A stretch of 63,847 nucleotides of DNA, the filler included, from Octopus bimaculoides (taxonomy: Eukaryota), in assembly GCF_001194135.2 (NCBI RefSeq). It is 7 parts of 7 records of this genome, joined end to end, with 100 filler letters (N's around TTAATTAATTAA, not from the genome) between each part and the next. Parts side by side here need not be neighbours in the genome. Positions count along the whole stretch, not along the records: positions 29,836 to 56,867 come from NC_069005.1; 6 more parts are not named here. The stretch is one strand, 5' to 3'. This document shows positions 36,531 through 49,789 of the stretch, piece by piece; within the stretch, counting starts at the first letter, position 1; the number at the start of each line of letters is the position of its first letter. Below the pieces are notes generated by a model. It saw only the letters and a list, made by a program, of their open reading frames with translations. It was not told where the DNA came from and searched no databases. Position numbers and translations under genes: made by a program.

Positions 36531-38208
36531 AGGGGACCAAAATTAGTAACCGGGGTAAAATGAGTAATTTCCGATATCTCGTTATTTTCTCCCTACCTGT
36601 TAGAAATTATTACATTGCAAGCATTGCATCACCATTTTGCATTGCTACAATATATTTTAGGAGTAAAAATAGTTGTTGTTACTGTTGTTGTTACTGTTGT
36701 TGTCGTTGTTGTTGGGTTGAAAGAGTCCGAAACAGTCAGGTGATAGGCTTTTTCTTTTCCCCCCAAGAAATTTTCTCTGAAATTTGATCCGATTGTAATT
36801 GAGGTTGCTAATAAAATATCTGGATAATTTTTAGGCGGTCAACAATCAATATTCTTTTCTCTGTTGGATTCCAAGTCAATTTTTTTTTACCACACTGATG
36901 CCTAATTTAATCATTTTCAAATTTCAAAAGCGATATCAAAGATGGGGCAAAATGAGTAATAACTAATTCCAGTAATTTCTCCTTTTTATTTGCATGGTTC
37001 GTGAATATATCGCTTAGAGGGCCATTCAAGCAGACCGTGAAGAAGTTATATAGTACATTTTATGTTGGTTTTTTTTAGCTGAGTTTCGATAATTTCATGT
37101 CATGTGCCATTTTTCCATGAACCTCTTTCATTTGACCTAGATATTTTTTATATATTTATTTATGTGATTATTTATNNNNNNNNNNNNNNNNNNNNNNNNN
37201 NNNNNNNNNNNNNNNNNNNNNNNNNNNNNNNNNNNNNNNNNNNNNNNNNNNNNNNNNNNNNNNNNNNNNNNNNNNNNNNNNNNNNNNNNNNNNNNNNNNN
37301 NNNNNNNNNNNNNNNNNNNNNNNNNNNNNNNNNNNNNNNNNNNNNNNNNNNNNNNNNNNNNNNNNNNNNNNNNNNNNNNNNNNNNNNNNNNNNNNNNNNN
37401 NNNNATATATAAACAATATATGAGTATATGCATATATATATACATGTATGTACATACCTTCATCTACATGTACATATAGATACATATCTGGGTACAAGAC
37501 GTTGCAAAAGAACATGGACAAAATGATAAACAAGGTACAACAAACAAGCAGGCCACATAAAGAACATATCCTTCATCAGCTGCCACCATTAAAACACCGG
37601 CGTTTCGAAGAGTTAGGGCAGGACGCATCATATATATACAGTGTATTTCCCGGTAGGCTGCGATTTGGTTTAGTGAAGAAAATTCTCTCAAAGCGCCGGG
37701 TCTTAAGACACCTGAAAGTCATGGACATCGATGTTTCGCCACTTTTGCGGCTTATCAAGATCACGTACTCGAACAGGATCCGTGATAAATCATACCATCC
37801 AGTCCATGACTTATATATACATATAGCATGCAAAGTATGTGCGGGCATGTCCCGACAATGCATACATAAGAATAAATTCAAACATGAAATAGAAGCAGCG
37901 CTAGTGTAATAAACATTATCACCCACATATACTTAACGTATGTACTTCGTGTATTTGCCAGTAGGCTGCGATGGAGAATACTCTTTCAAAGAACCGGGTG
38001 TTAAAATACGTATATATGAATAAGATTCTGTTAAAAACCTTGTCGTATAACTAAAGAAAGCTCGTCCACAGGTATTAGCTCCGAATGTCAGCATACTGCG
38101 GAAATACTCCTGTCACTGGATATACATCTGGAATTCCATTATTATCCGTAGAATTTATACAAAGAGATGAATAAGAGGAAATAGATTGAACGAAATTCTT
38201 TATTTCAT

Positions 38209-38328
38209 ATCACTACAATTGTTTCAACACATCGTTACACCCGTAGTATATTGGTGAGATGATATAATTAACATATTGCGTAATTACAATCGTCCATCAA
38301 AGGTGTGAAATGCATTTCTTCAGGTGAT
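38209..38328 (-). ncRNA. Minimal type-I hammerhead ribozyme fold with a palindromic helix III, predicted GUA cleavage between 38214 and 38213
   Basis: Stem I ATCAC/GTGAT; core CTGAAGA (38323-38317); stem II AATGCAT/ATGTGTT extended by TT(C)ACACCT/GGGTGTAA; GAAA (38225-38222); helix III AC-AATT-GT; AATAAA a few nt downstream. Confidence 0.72.
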
Positions 38329-38699
38329 CATTTTGAGTAAGTCGTTCGTTAGGTCAGACGGTCATTTCAGACTGTACAAAAATGAATGCCCGAAACAAAG
38401 TGCTGTTTTCAGTAATTTGCGAATGAAACCAAGGCTCATAGATAAAATGATAGACAAAAGAAAAGTATAACCAAAATACAAAATACAAAAACAAGGAAAC
38501 AAACAAAAAAAACTCCCGTATCTAGTTAACTATAAACTACAATTCTGTCTTCACGGCCAGATTGTTTGGGAGAAAAAGAAAAACAAACTGATGAAATTAA
38601 CCGTCTAGAGATAATTAATTTGATAAAGTTATAAAGTCTGACCATTTCCGTGCTTGTTAACTTTACTTGCAAGGGGTCAAAAGTACCTCTTCCACTGTC

Positions 38700-39410
38700 A
38701 TACCGTCATAGCGCTGACCGCTAAATGCCGCTAAATATGTTGCCCTGCATGCTAACGTTTCTTATTTCTTTACTACCCACAGGGGGCTAAACATAGAGGG
38801 GACAAACAAGGACAGACAAAGGGATTAAGTCGTTTACATCAATCCCAGTGCGTAACTGGTACTTAATTTATCGACCGCGAAAGGATGAACGGCAAAGTCG
38901 ACCTCGGCGGAATTTGAACTCAGAACGTAGCGGCAGACGAAATACCCGCTAAGCATTTCGCCCCGGCGTACTAACGTTTCTGCCACCTCGCCGTGCCTTA
39001 TATTAATATTTATTTCTACTCTAGGCACAAGGCCCGAAATTTTGGGGGAGTGGGGGAGCAGTCGATTAGATCGACCTCAGTACGCAACTGGTACTTAATC
39101 TATTGACCCCGAAAGGATGAAATGCAAAGTCGACCTCTACGGAATTTGAACTCAGAACGTAAAGACGGACAAAATGCCGCTAAATAAGATGCCCGGCGTG
39201 CTAACGTTTCTTATTTCTTTATTGCCCACAAGGGGCTAAACATAGAGGGGACAAACAAGGACAGACAGAAGGATTAAGTCGATTATATCGACCCCAGTGC
39301 ATAACTGGTACTTATTTAATCGACCCCGAAAGGATGAAAGGCAGACGAAATACCGCTAAGCATTTCGCCCGGCGAGCTAACGTTTCTGCCATCTCACCGC
39401 CTTATATTAA
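38700..39410 (-). mobile_element. Tandem cluster of three to four SINE family A units
   Basis: Repeated AATTTGAACTCAGAACGTA cores with head-to-tail junctions. Confidence 0.88.
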
Positions 39411-40789
39411 TATTAATANNNNNNNNNNATATATTTCAAAGTAGAAATAAAACAGAAATAAATAAAAATGTAATAAAGTAAAATGAAATAACATAGAATA
39501 AGCAGATTGCATCAATAGAAAGACAGCAGAGTTGTTCATCTTCTGGATTTAAAAAAACAAAATGGCCGCAACGTTGAGAATGTAAAACTGCTGTCTCTTA
39601 ATAATTTCATTCCTTTTAACTTATTGCCTTGATGAAGTACGTTAGATTTTCCGCTCCTCGCGGCCAATTCATTGTACTCCTTTTTCTCAATTGCACTACA
39701 TAATATAAGTCTTGCCGACGCAGAACAACACCAACCTCACTGGAGTTTGATCTGTATTGTTTAAAAGGATAAGAGAGGAATCTCTATTCAGATATGAGGC
39801 CTGATTCTTGAGATAACACAGAGCTGCAATAGCTGAGGGTGGTTGGATAAAGGTATGACATTACAGGAAGAATATGCATGCATGTATGCATGTATGTCAT
39901 TATTCAATTTTATTTCAAGATTTCTTGCCAACTGAGAAAGATCCAAGGCTCCTTCATTGGAATTTCAACAACATCAATAGGATATTTGTGCAGGTTTGTG
40001 TGTATCTGAGCAGTATTTAGAGTCAGTACAACATGTGCGGATTTGTTTGTTTTGCTTTATGTATGTAGTCTCGTGTATATAGTCACCTGCATATCTAGAC
40101 ACGCGCGTATATAATTAGACAGTAAACTTCTGGAACGTTTTACACGTGTATATAGATGCATATCAGGGTACAGGACGTTAGAACAATGAACTACAGACCA
40201 CGGAACGAACACATAGGAAAACAGATAGCCACTTGGAATAAATCCTTCGTCAGCTGCCTCTATTCTAACTAGACGTTTCGATATATATATATATCAGGAT
40301 TATGACTTTTTGATTTTTTTGTAAGTAAATTTCCTGTATCAAAAGTCGATAAACAATTTCATAGAAGTAGGGAAAATAACCTTTATTTTAAATAAAAAAA
40401 AAAAAAAAAGAAACGTCACCCCTGACTTAAGAAATCTAACACCACTTTTGACTCAAACCATGCAAAATTCTAGGCGGGGTTCATAATGCCTACTCAAGTT
40501 TTTACCAAACATGGTGTACTGACTCAATGCAATGCAGAAGCAGTATATCTCAAATTTCAGCTTTCAAGTTTAAGTAGTTTAGGAGTTATAGAGTTTTTAA
40601 TTTGTTACCACTTAGGCCCTACTTTAGGAGATATCCTCTTCCTCTCCTTTTTATTTCTCTGACGCTAAAACCTCTGACTATATTAACTGTTTTTCAAAAT
40701 AATAGGCTTATCCAACTAGAGTGTCTAAAATAATGTCTCATAACAGAAGTGTTTGTGTCACTCAAAGGAACCAAAAAATCTAGACGAAG

Positions 40790-42500
40790 AATCTCGTGCA
40801 ATTTCAAGACTCACATAGGAAGAGAAGACCTGTTCCTCTAGAAGAGTATTATTTGGAAAACAACGGTAGGATACCAATGAAACCTCAAATTGTCGGTCGC
40901 TACCTGTTCCTTGGGGGTCTCATCAAAGGAACGAAAGAAAGAACAAAGGAAATTTCGAAAGAAGTAACTTTTTTATGGCAAAAGAAATTAAATTTCCCAT
41001 ATTTGTCAATTGAAAATGTACAAGCAAAAGTAGAAAAAGTGCTGAATATCTACGATAAATGTATAAAACGAGGAAAATAAGATTCATTGAAAGGAATTTT
41101 TGACATCAAAAAGGAAAATGGGGAATGGCTGTGCAGTGAAGATAAAAGTTTATATTATCTTCAAATTGAAAGCAAGGGATAAGTTGGGTATGCAACTGCA
41201 AAGGCACCCAGTTCCAAAACTATCCATCCACCCAAAAGAAGAAAAGTGTCCTTAATGCCAACTTGAACCAGAGCAACTCCAGTGTCATCGTCAACGTCTG
41301 AAGCAGCGACTGAAAGTGAATATCAAAAGTCCGAAAAATCAGATGAAGAATCCACACAAACCAGGAAGAAGTATAGCAAAACTGGAACTGCATCCCAGTT
41401 TGCGACATCTTCGAAGCTATCAACCCAAAAGCAGTAACAGTTTGTCGACAATTATCTCAAGATGGAATCTATATCGAGACTCCTTCCCAATCTGGTATTT
41501 ACAGATCGACTATCAAAGAAGCTGTTAAGCTAAGAAAAGAAAATGAAGAAAACACTACATTTAGAAAACTGGTCATTGCATTTTGACGACCGAGAATAGC
41601 AAGCGCTAGTTTTAAAGAATGAACAGAGAGGAGTTAAGTGAGAAGCAGTCCAATTAGAGAACGGGAAAGCCAATACTATTGTGAAAGGAATGACAGCTGT
41701 TTTAGATGAATACAATTTATGGAACTGTGTAAAGATGATTGTCGCTGGTACAACGTGTGTGAACACTGGGAAAAGAAACGGCATTGTCATTCAATTGCAA
41801 AGACTGTTTACTCAAAGGGATTTGAAATAACAGGAATTTATTGGTGTCAGCATTAAATCCTTGATAGAGTGCTTCGTGTTGTAATGGATAATGAAATTGG
41901 AGAAACAAAATTATCTCCCAGTATTGAATATACATTTATCCCAGAGTCTCTAAGTAATTACGAGAAACTTCAGGTTAATTTCAACAATGGTGAAGAAAAC
42001 ATTGCTGAATCAGCAGGATGGCAAGATGACATGAAATTTCTATTTCATTTGACCACAGTTTTTCGTTTCTTTGAAGAAATCTCATACTGTAAAGTTTCAA
42101 AACATACCCAACATAAGTAATGCAAGATGGAATTCTCGAGCAATACTAGCTCTTTTGGCATTTATTCTTCTACAAGAGAAAAGAATTTTGCTTCTCAATG
42201 TTTGTCGATTCATCTATTACAGCTGAGCAGATTTTTGGTTTACTTACCAAATGTTCAATGCACATGATTATCAGAAGGTATGTGGTAGCCTGCAAGTTCA
42301 TAAAAAAGCATTGAACTCTGTAAAAGACTATTGGAGTCGAGAACCATCAAAACTGGGAATACGCAGAACAAATCAGAGTGCAGAACGGACAACCAAGTGT
42401 CTTCAGAATCTTTATGATGTTTGTAAAAGAAGGAGAAACTTCAGCTTCGATTTATTTTATCTAACAAAACATGTTAATTCTTTGTTATATTTTAAAATTT
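40790..42500 (+). pseudogene. Degenerate DDE DNA transposase of the hAT/P/MuDR-type supergroup (probably hATm-like)
   Basis: Colinear broken frames: EVTFLWQKKLNFP, LHFDD, MIVAGTTCVNTGKRNG (DTT..NTG), FIGCQH*ILD (C.HH), WQDDMKFL, ISNARWNSRAI, RTNQSAERTTK. TIRs not confidently located. Confidence 0.7.
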
Positions 42501-43620
42501 GCTAACATGCAGCACCCTTTTTCTGATACAGTTACTTAAAATTGGAATTAAACCTATAAAGTTAAAAATATGTATTGTTTTCAGTTTTGTATGTTATCGA
42601 AGGATTGTAGTGGCCTCTGTCTTAAAATAGCCTACTTTTGAACCTTTGCATAGAACAATTTCAATTCAGTAATCTTAAAAATGTATAAATACACTTTTAT
42701 TCCACATCTCTCTTGCGTTTACAAGAATTTACGCAGCGGAAATGCTTAAGTGTGAATCTACTGCCACCTAGTGATTATAGTTTTAAAAGCCCGTAACTCC
42801 GAAACTACTTCAACTAGAAAGCTGANNNNNNNNNNNNNNNNNNNNNNNNNNNNNNNNNNNNNNNNNNNNNNNNNNNNNNNNNNNNNNNNNNNNNNNNNNN
42901 NNNNNNNNNNNNNNNNNNNNNNNNNNNNNNNNNNNNNNNNNNNNNNNNNNNNNNNNNNNNNNNNNNNNNNNNNNNNNNNNNNNNNNNNNNNNNNNNNNNN
43001 NNNNNNNNNNNNNNNNNNNNNNNNNNNNNNNNNNNNNNNNNNNNNNNNNNNNNNNNNNNNNNNNNNNNNNNNNNNNNNNNNNNNNNNNNNNNNNNNNNNN
43101 NNNNNNNNNNNNNNNNNNNNNNNNNNNNNNNNNNNNNNNNNNNNNNNNNNNNNNNNNNNNNNNNNNNNNNNNNNNNNNNNNNNNNNNNNNNNNNNNNNNN
43201 NNNNNNNNNNNNNNNNNNNNNNNNNNNNNNNNNNNNNNNNNNNNNNNNNNNNNNNNNNNNNNNNNNNNNNNNNNNNNNNNNNNNNNNNNNNNNNNNNNNN
43301 NNNNNNNNNNNNNNNNNNNNNNNNNNNNNNNNNNNNNNNNNNNNNNNNNNNNNNNNNNNNNNNNNNNNNNNNNNNNNNNNNNNNNNNNNNNNNNNNNNNN
43401 NNNNNNNNNNNNNNNNNNNNNNNNNNNNNNNNNNNNNNNNNNNNNNNNNNNNNNNNNNNNNNNNNNNNNNNNNNNNNNNNNNNNNNNNNNNNNNNNNNNN
43501 NNNNNNNNNNNNNNNNNNNNNNNNNNNNNNNNNNNNNNNNNNNNNNNNNNNNNNNNNNNNNNNNNNNNNNNNNNNNNNNNNNNNNNNNNNNNNNNNNNNN
43601 NNNNNNNNNNNNNNNNNNNN

Positions 43621-44095
43621 CTCTATGTTTAGCCCCTTGTGGGCAATAAAGAAATAAGAAACGTTAGCACGCCGGGCGAAATGCTTAGCGATATTTCGTC
43701 TGTCTTTACGTTCTGAGTTCAAATTCCGCAGAGGTCCACTTTGCCTTTCATCCTTTCAGGGTTCGATAAAATAAGTACCAGTTGCGTACTGGGGTCGATC
43801 TAATCGACTGACCCCCTTCCCCAAAATTTCGGGCATTGTGCCTAGAATAGAAAAGAATATATTTACAGTTTGGTAAAAGGTAGAGAGCTGACAGAATTGT
43901 TAGCACGCCGGACGAAATGCTTAGCAGCATTTCGTCCGTCTTTACGTTCTGAGTTCAAATTCCATAGAGGCCGACTTTACTTTTCATCCTTTCGAAATCG
44001 ATAAAATAAATACCAGTTGACCATTGGGGTTGGCGTAATCGACTTATACCCTTCCCCACGAACTTGCTGACTTTATGCCAAAATTTGAGAGCAAT
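43621..44095 (+). mobile_element. Tandem cluster of SINE family A units
   Basis: One tail followed by two near-complete units. Confidence 0.88.
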
Positions 44096-44175
44096 AACTA
44101 GCCAAGTTCATAAGTGTCCAGCTAAAACAGACACCACAAAGCAGGAACATTTTTGCTCACTCCATGCCTTGGTAG

Positions 44176-44535
44176 TTGGCACTCCGTCGGTTACGACGAC
44201 TAGTGTTCCATTTGATCCGATCAACGGAACAGCCTGCTCGTGAAATTAACGTGCAAGTGGCTGAGCACTCCTCAGACAAGTGTACCCTTAACGTAGTTCT
44301 CGGGGAGATTCAGCGTGACACAGTGTGACAAGGCTGACCCTTTGAATCACAGGCACAACAGAAACAGGAAGAAAGAGTAAGAGAAAGTTGTGGTGGAAGA
44401 GTACAGCAGGGTTCGCCACCGTCCCCTGCCGGAGCCTCGTGGCGCTTTAGGTGTTTTCGCTCAATAAACACTCACAACACCCGGTCTGGGAATCGAAACT
44501 GCGATCCTAAGACCGCGAGTCCGCTGCTCTAACCA
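44176..44535 (-). mobile_element. SINE family C, full-length
   Basis: A box TGGCTCAGTGG and B box GTTTCGATTCC on the minus strand; full body present. Confidence 0.92.
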
Positions 44536-45119
44536 CTGAGCCATTGCGCATCCACTGCCTTGGTAGTAATGTTAAGCTAACAAGTGATTCGTTAGTAGTC
44601 TGCAGTGTTGAGATCAAATCCAGTTGATGACACAATGAATTAATGTCTGTCGTAGCTCGACCCGCAGCAAACAGCAACTGAATTTCCCTTGAATCATAAC
44701 CAAACTGGCTTCTCTTTTTTTCTTTATAACGGTTCGCATTGAATAACGGAATCCCCAGATATATTATGTTTGAATAAAAGATAGAATAGTCACATCTAGA
44801 AGGAAGATCTCCGATTAAATGCCTGTTTGACCGGTTGACCGAGGGTTAAACAGCAACTACACTACAGAAGGCTCCACTAGCGTAGACCTGAATATACGTA
44901 TTCTGTCTGAACGGAAGACAGGAGGGTCACGAGCGGAACACCTTTGGTCATAGATCTGCTCGATGATGCTAAGCTACGGCTGAACAAAACAACACATCAC
45001 ACAAACGTAGTCCAAGATACACTGTATCAGAGTGAATGACAGGGTGTTTTATAGATGGAACACATTCGTTCAAAGGTCTGTTGGATCAAGTTATTGATGT
45101 ATTTACGTAAATATGTTTC

Positions 45120-45310
45120 ATATTTTGGCAAAGGCCAGCATGTTCATGCGGTGGTAGGGTAGTAAGTCGATCACATGGACCTCAGTACACAACTGGTACT
45201 TATTTTATCGGCGCCAAAAGGAGTAAAAGGCGAAATGAACCTCGGTGGAATTTGAACTCAGAACGTAAAGACGAACAAAACGCCGCTAAGCATTTTCCCC
45301 AGCGTGCTGA
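45120..45310 (-). mobile_element. SINE family A
   Basis: Core AATTTGAACTCAGAACGTAAAGAC. Confidence 0.8.
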
Positions 45311-45872
45311 GGTTCGGCAACGGAGACGACTAAATAAGTACCAGGTTTTAGAAGAAAAAAAAAAAGCAAGTAGTGGGTTCCATTTGTTCGACTAAACCTT
45401 CCAAGGCAGGGCCCTCAGCATGGCTGCACTCCAAATTATTGAAACAAATAAAAGATGAATGATTATAACTAGAAGTCATGTTATCCACTTAACATAACAT
45501 AAGGACCAGGATGAAATAAATGGGTCGATATAATCGACAAGAGCACCTCGATGTAGTGCTCTAGCATGGCCGCAATAAAATGACAGAAAATAGTTCAAAA
45601 GTAAATGACAAACAATGAAAACCTCTAAATATCGCCAACTCAAACGCAACCAAGAAATTGGAGAAATTTTTACGAAGGGAGGTAATTCAAAACATTACAA
45701 ATTGAAATTGCTTCCCTTGAATTTTTTTTTCTTTTTCTAATCAATGTTTATATATTTGCTTTTCATTTTTCCGGGAGCGATAAATTCAATACCAGTTGAA
45801 CACTGGTGTCGATGTAATCGACACATCTCCTTCTTCAAAATGTCTGCCTCTGTAACAAAATTTGAAACCATT

Positions 45873-45910
<38 letters not shown>

Positions 45911-46757
45911 NNNNNNNNNNNNNNNNNNNNNNNNNNNNNNNNNNNNNNNNNNNNNNNNNNNNNNNNNNNNNNNNNNNNNNNNNNNNNNNNNNNNNNNNNN
46001 NNNNNNNNNNNNNNNNNNNNNNNNNNNNNNNNNNNNNNNNNNNNNNNNNNNNNNNNNNNNNNNNNNNNNNNNNNNNNNNNNNNNNNNNNNNNNNNNNNNN
46101 NNNNNNNNNNNNNNNNNNNNNNNNNNNNNNNNNNNNNNNNNNNNNNNNNNNNNNNNNNNNNNNNNNNNNNNNNNNNNNNNNNNNNNNNNNNNNNNNNNNN
46201 NNNNNNNNNNNNNNNNNNNNNNNNNNNNNNNNNNNNNNNNNNNNNNNNNNNNNNNNNNNNNNNNNNNNNNNNNNNNNNNNNNNNNNNNNNNNNNNNNNNN
46301 NNNNNNNNNNNNNNNNNNNNNNNNNNNNNNNNNNNNNNNNNNNNNNNNNNNNNNNNNNNNNNNNNNNNNNNNNNNNNNNNNNNNNNNNNNNNNNNNNNNN
46401 NNNNNNNNNAAAGTAGGGACGAGGTAGTTCGCGTGTTTGCTCGGCGATAGCCAAGGAAGAAAAAGATTATTGACCGGAAGCATGTGACCATGCCGGTGTA
46501 AGGGGAAGAGAAAGAGTGGTAGAGGGAGAAACAAAGGGAGGAAGTAGAAGAATAGGTGAGCAACGAGAGGAAAAGAGAAAGAGAGGAAGTACGAGGCGGA
46601 AAAAAAGAGATACGTAGTAGTAACAGAGGAAGAACGAGAGGGGGGAAAATGATAGAGGAAGAGAAAGAGAAAGAGATAGAGTAGCGTCGGAAAATATGAA
46701 GTTACGAAAACTACTTACAATTGGAGACGCTGCGTTCAGTCATATACACATTCATTT

Positions 46758-47712
46758 ATTATTTTACTTGTTGCAGTCATTTGACTACGGCCATGCTGAA
46801 GCACCGCCTTGAAAGGGTTTCAGTCGAACAAGTCGACCCCAGGACTTATTCTTTTAAGCCTAGTACTTATTCTATCGGTCTCTTTTGCCGAACTGCTAAG
46901 TGACGCGAAAGTAAACAAATTAATACCGGTTGTCCAGCAAATCAACAGAACAGTAACGTAAACGGCGAAGGCTCCAAGGGCGACAACTCCCGAATGTCAA
47001 TCACCGATGTCGCCCTACTTTTTAAGAAATAGCAATCAAATCTTCCAAATAATCACACTATTTTCCTAATAATAGGAAGGACACATTGGATAAACTAGTA
47101 GTAGATACACTATCTGAAAAAAGACAGGATTGTGGAGTGGCTGTGTGGTAAGTAGCTTGCTTACCAGCCACATGGTTCCGGGTTCAGTCCCACTGCATGG
47201 CACCTTGGGCAAATGTCTTCTACTATAGCCTCGCGCCGACCAAAGCCTTGTGAGTGGATTTGAATCCATTAGAGACAGGATGGGCAGGGATTTTCAGCAT
47301 TTCAATTCTTTTGATGCCACCAAGTAAACATTCAGTTGTTCTCACTTAAGTTGCCAGGATATCTTCTTGCGGCCATGCTGGGGCACCACCTTGAAGATGT
47401 TTTAGTCGAATGAATCAACTGTACCATTTATTATTATTTTTTTTAACCTGGTACTTGTTCTATCGATCTCTTTTGCCGAACTACTCAGCTATGGGGACAT
47501 AAACACATCAACAACAGCTGTCACGCATAGTGGAGGACAAACACACCCAAACACATATATATATACAACAGGCTTCTTTCAGTTTCCATCTACCAAATCC
47601 ACTCACAAGGCTTTTGTCAGCTCAAGGCTATAGTCAGAAACTCAAGGTGCCATGCAGTGGAACTGAACCCAGAAACATGTGGTTGGGAAGCAAGCATCTT
47701 ACCACACAGCCA
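46758..47712. mobile_element. Three SINE family B pieces (minus 46758-46935; plus 47131-47265; minus 47365-47712) just downstream of the NOL7-like gene
   Basis: Family B head and tail sequences in alternating orientation. Confidence 0.85.
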
Positions 47713-47816
47713 TACCAAAAGAGATTTTTTTATGTATTTTCAAAGGAGGTGAAGAGACGTTAAAAATTAAAATGAACGAATAATAAAAATGAATTTCTTT
47801 TTACAAATATAAAGTG

Positions 47817-47826
47817 TTTATTTATT
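47817..47826 (-). terminator. Overlapping AATAAA polyadenylation signals of the NOL7-like gene
   Basis: AATAAATAAA 9-18 nt after the stop codon on the minus strand. Confidence 0.55.
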
Positions 47827-47834
47827 CAAGTGTT

Positions 47835-47878
47835 TTATCTTGCTCTTTTCTTCGTTTTCTTCATGAAGTAGTCTTTTG
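47835..47878 (-). CDS. NOL7: NOL7-like gene, exon 6 (terminal): (A)KDYFMKKTKKRAR*
   Basis: Acceptor TTTACAG, phase-1 compatible with exon 5, TAA at 47837-47835, then AATAAA. Confidence 0.7.
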
Positions 47879-48185
47879 CTGTAAANNNNNNNNNNNNNNN
47901 NNNNNNNNNNNNNNNNNNNNNNNNNNNNNNNNNNNNNNNNNNNNNNNNNNNNNNNNNNNNNNNNNNNNNNNNNNNNNNNNNNNNNNNNNNNNNNNNNNNN
48001 NNNNNNNNNNNNNNNNNNNNNNNNNNNNNNNNNNNNNNNNNNNNNNNNNNNNNNNNNNNNNNNNNNNNNNNAGAAATGGAAAAGTCTTTAAGATATCAAG
48101 ACCACACACTTCATACATATTTCATATACATATACATATATATATATATATCATATACATATATTTATATAGAGTGTAGTGGGTG

Positions 48186-48225
<40 letters not shown>

Positions 48226-48226
<1 letters not shown>

Positions 48227-48385
48227 AAGCACCCACTACACTCTCGGAGTGGTTGGCATTAGGAAAGGCATCCAGCTGTAGAAACAGTGCCAGATCAGAT
48301 TGCAGCCTGGTGCAGCCGCTGGCTTTCCGGACCTCAGTCAAACCGTCCAACCCATGCCAGCATGGAAAATGGATGTATGATGATA
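48226..48385 (+). mobile_element. Retroposon 3' tail, family D (GGCATTAGGAAGGGCATCCAGCTGTAGAAAC...CATGCCAGCATGG...(GAT)n)
   Basis: Related copies at 49790-50222 (plus) and 52596-52830 (minus). Confidence 0.75.
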
Positions 48386-48554
48386 TTTCATATACATATA
48401 TATATATAACTCATATATACATATATATATATATATATAACTTGGTCGGCCCAAGGCTATAGTAGAAGACACTTGACCAAGGTGCCATATATATTTCATA
48501 AACATATATACATATATATTTCATACACACACACACACATATATATATATATTC

Positions 48555-48908
48555 TTTTACTTGTTTCAGTCATTTGACTGCGGTCATGCTGGAACACCAC
48601 CTTTAGTCGAACAAATCAACCTCAGGACTTATTCTTTGTAAGCCTAGCACTATTTTATCAGTCACTGCTAAGTTACAAGGATATAAACACACCACCATCA
48701 GTTGTCGAGTGATGTTGGGGGAGGGGACAAATACAGACACACAAACATACACACACACACATATATATACAACAGGCTTCTTTCAGTTTCCGGCCTTGGT
48801 CAGTTCAAGGCTATAGCAGAAGACACTTGCCCAAGGTGACACAGAGTGGGACTGAACCCGGGACCATGTGGTTGGTAAGCAAACTACTTACCACACAGCC
48901 ACACCTGC
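48555..48908 (-). mobile_element. SINE family B in the last intron of the NOL7-like gene
   Basis: Family B consensus. Confidence 0.88.
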
Positions 48909-49471
48909 GCCCATAAAATTAAGGTCTCACCAATATATATANNNNNNNNNNNNNNNNNNNNNNNNNNNNNNNNNNNNNNNNNNNNNNNNNNNNNNNNNNN
49001 NNNNNNNNNNNNNNNNNNNNNNNNNNNNNNNNNNNNNNNNNNNNNNNNNNNNNNNNNNNNNNNNNNNNNNNNNNNNNNNNNNNNNNNNNNNNNNNNNNNN
49101 NNNNNNNNNNNNNNNNNNNNNNNNNNNNNNNNNNNNNNNNNNNNNNNNNNNNNNNNNNNNNNNNNNNNNNNNNNNNNNNNNNNNNNNNNNNNNNNNNNNN
49201 NNNNNNNNNNNNNNNNNNNNNNNNNNNNNNNNNNNNNNNNNNNNNNNNNNNNNNNNNNNNNNNNNNNNNNNNNNNNNNNNNNNNNNNNNNNNNNNNNNNN
49301 NNNNNNNNNNNNNNNNNNNNNNNNNNNNNNNNNNNNNNNNNNNNNNNNNNNNNNNNNNNNNNNNNNNNNNNNNNNNNNNNNNNNNNNNNNNNNNNNNNNN
49401 NNNNNNNNNNNNNNNNNNNNNNNNNNNNNNNNNNNNNNNNNNNNNNNNNNNNNTATATATATACATATGTG

Positions 49472-49509
<38 letters not shown>

Positions 49510-49789
49510 TCATCAGAGAAATAATTACCAAGAATTCTCATCCTCTCGTTGCATCTATTGTTCTTCATATTAGAGGGATGACAGAAAGTTGTCAGACAAC
49601 TCAAAAAAAAAAAAAAAGAAAATTTGTTGTTGTTGTTGCTGCTGCTGTTTAATAGAAATGGGTTCAGGAATGGCCAATCAGTTTAAAAGTTCATACTTGA
49701 CACTTTAGGTAAATGTCTTCTATCACAGACTCGGGTCAAACCAAGTGTTGTGATTGAAAAATAGGGAGATGGGAACTGGGGAAACTCAG

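Noticed and set aside
37448-37926. 153-aa and 116-aa overlapping ORFs
   Set aside because: They span a dispersed repeat (family E) and AT-rich filler, with no recognisable domain.
39556-39567. YY1-like CAAAATGGCCGC motif
   Set aside because: A single motif with no associated exon or CpG island; similar strings occur in SINE tails.
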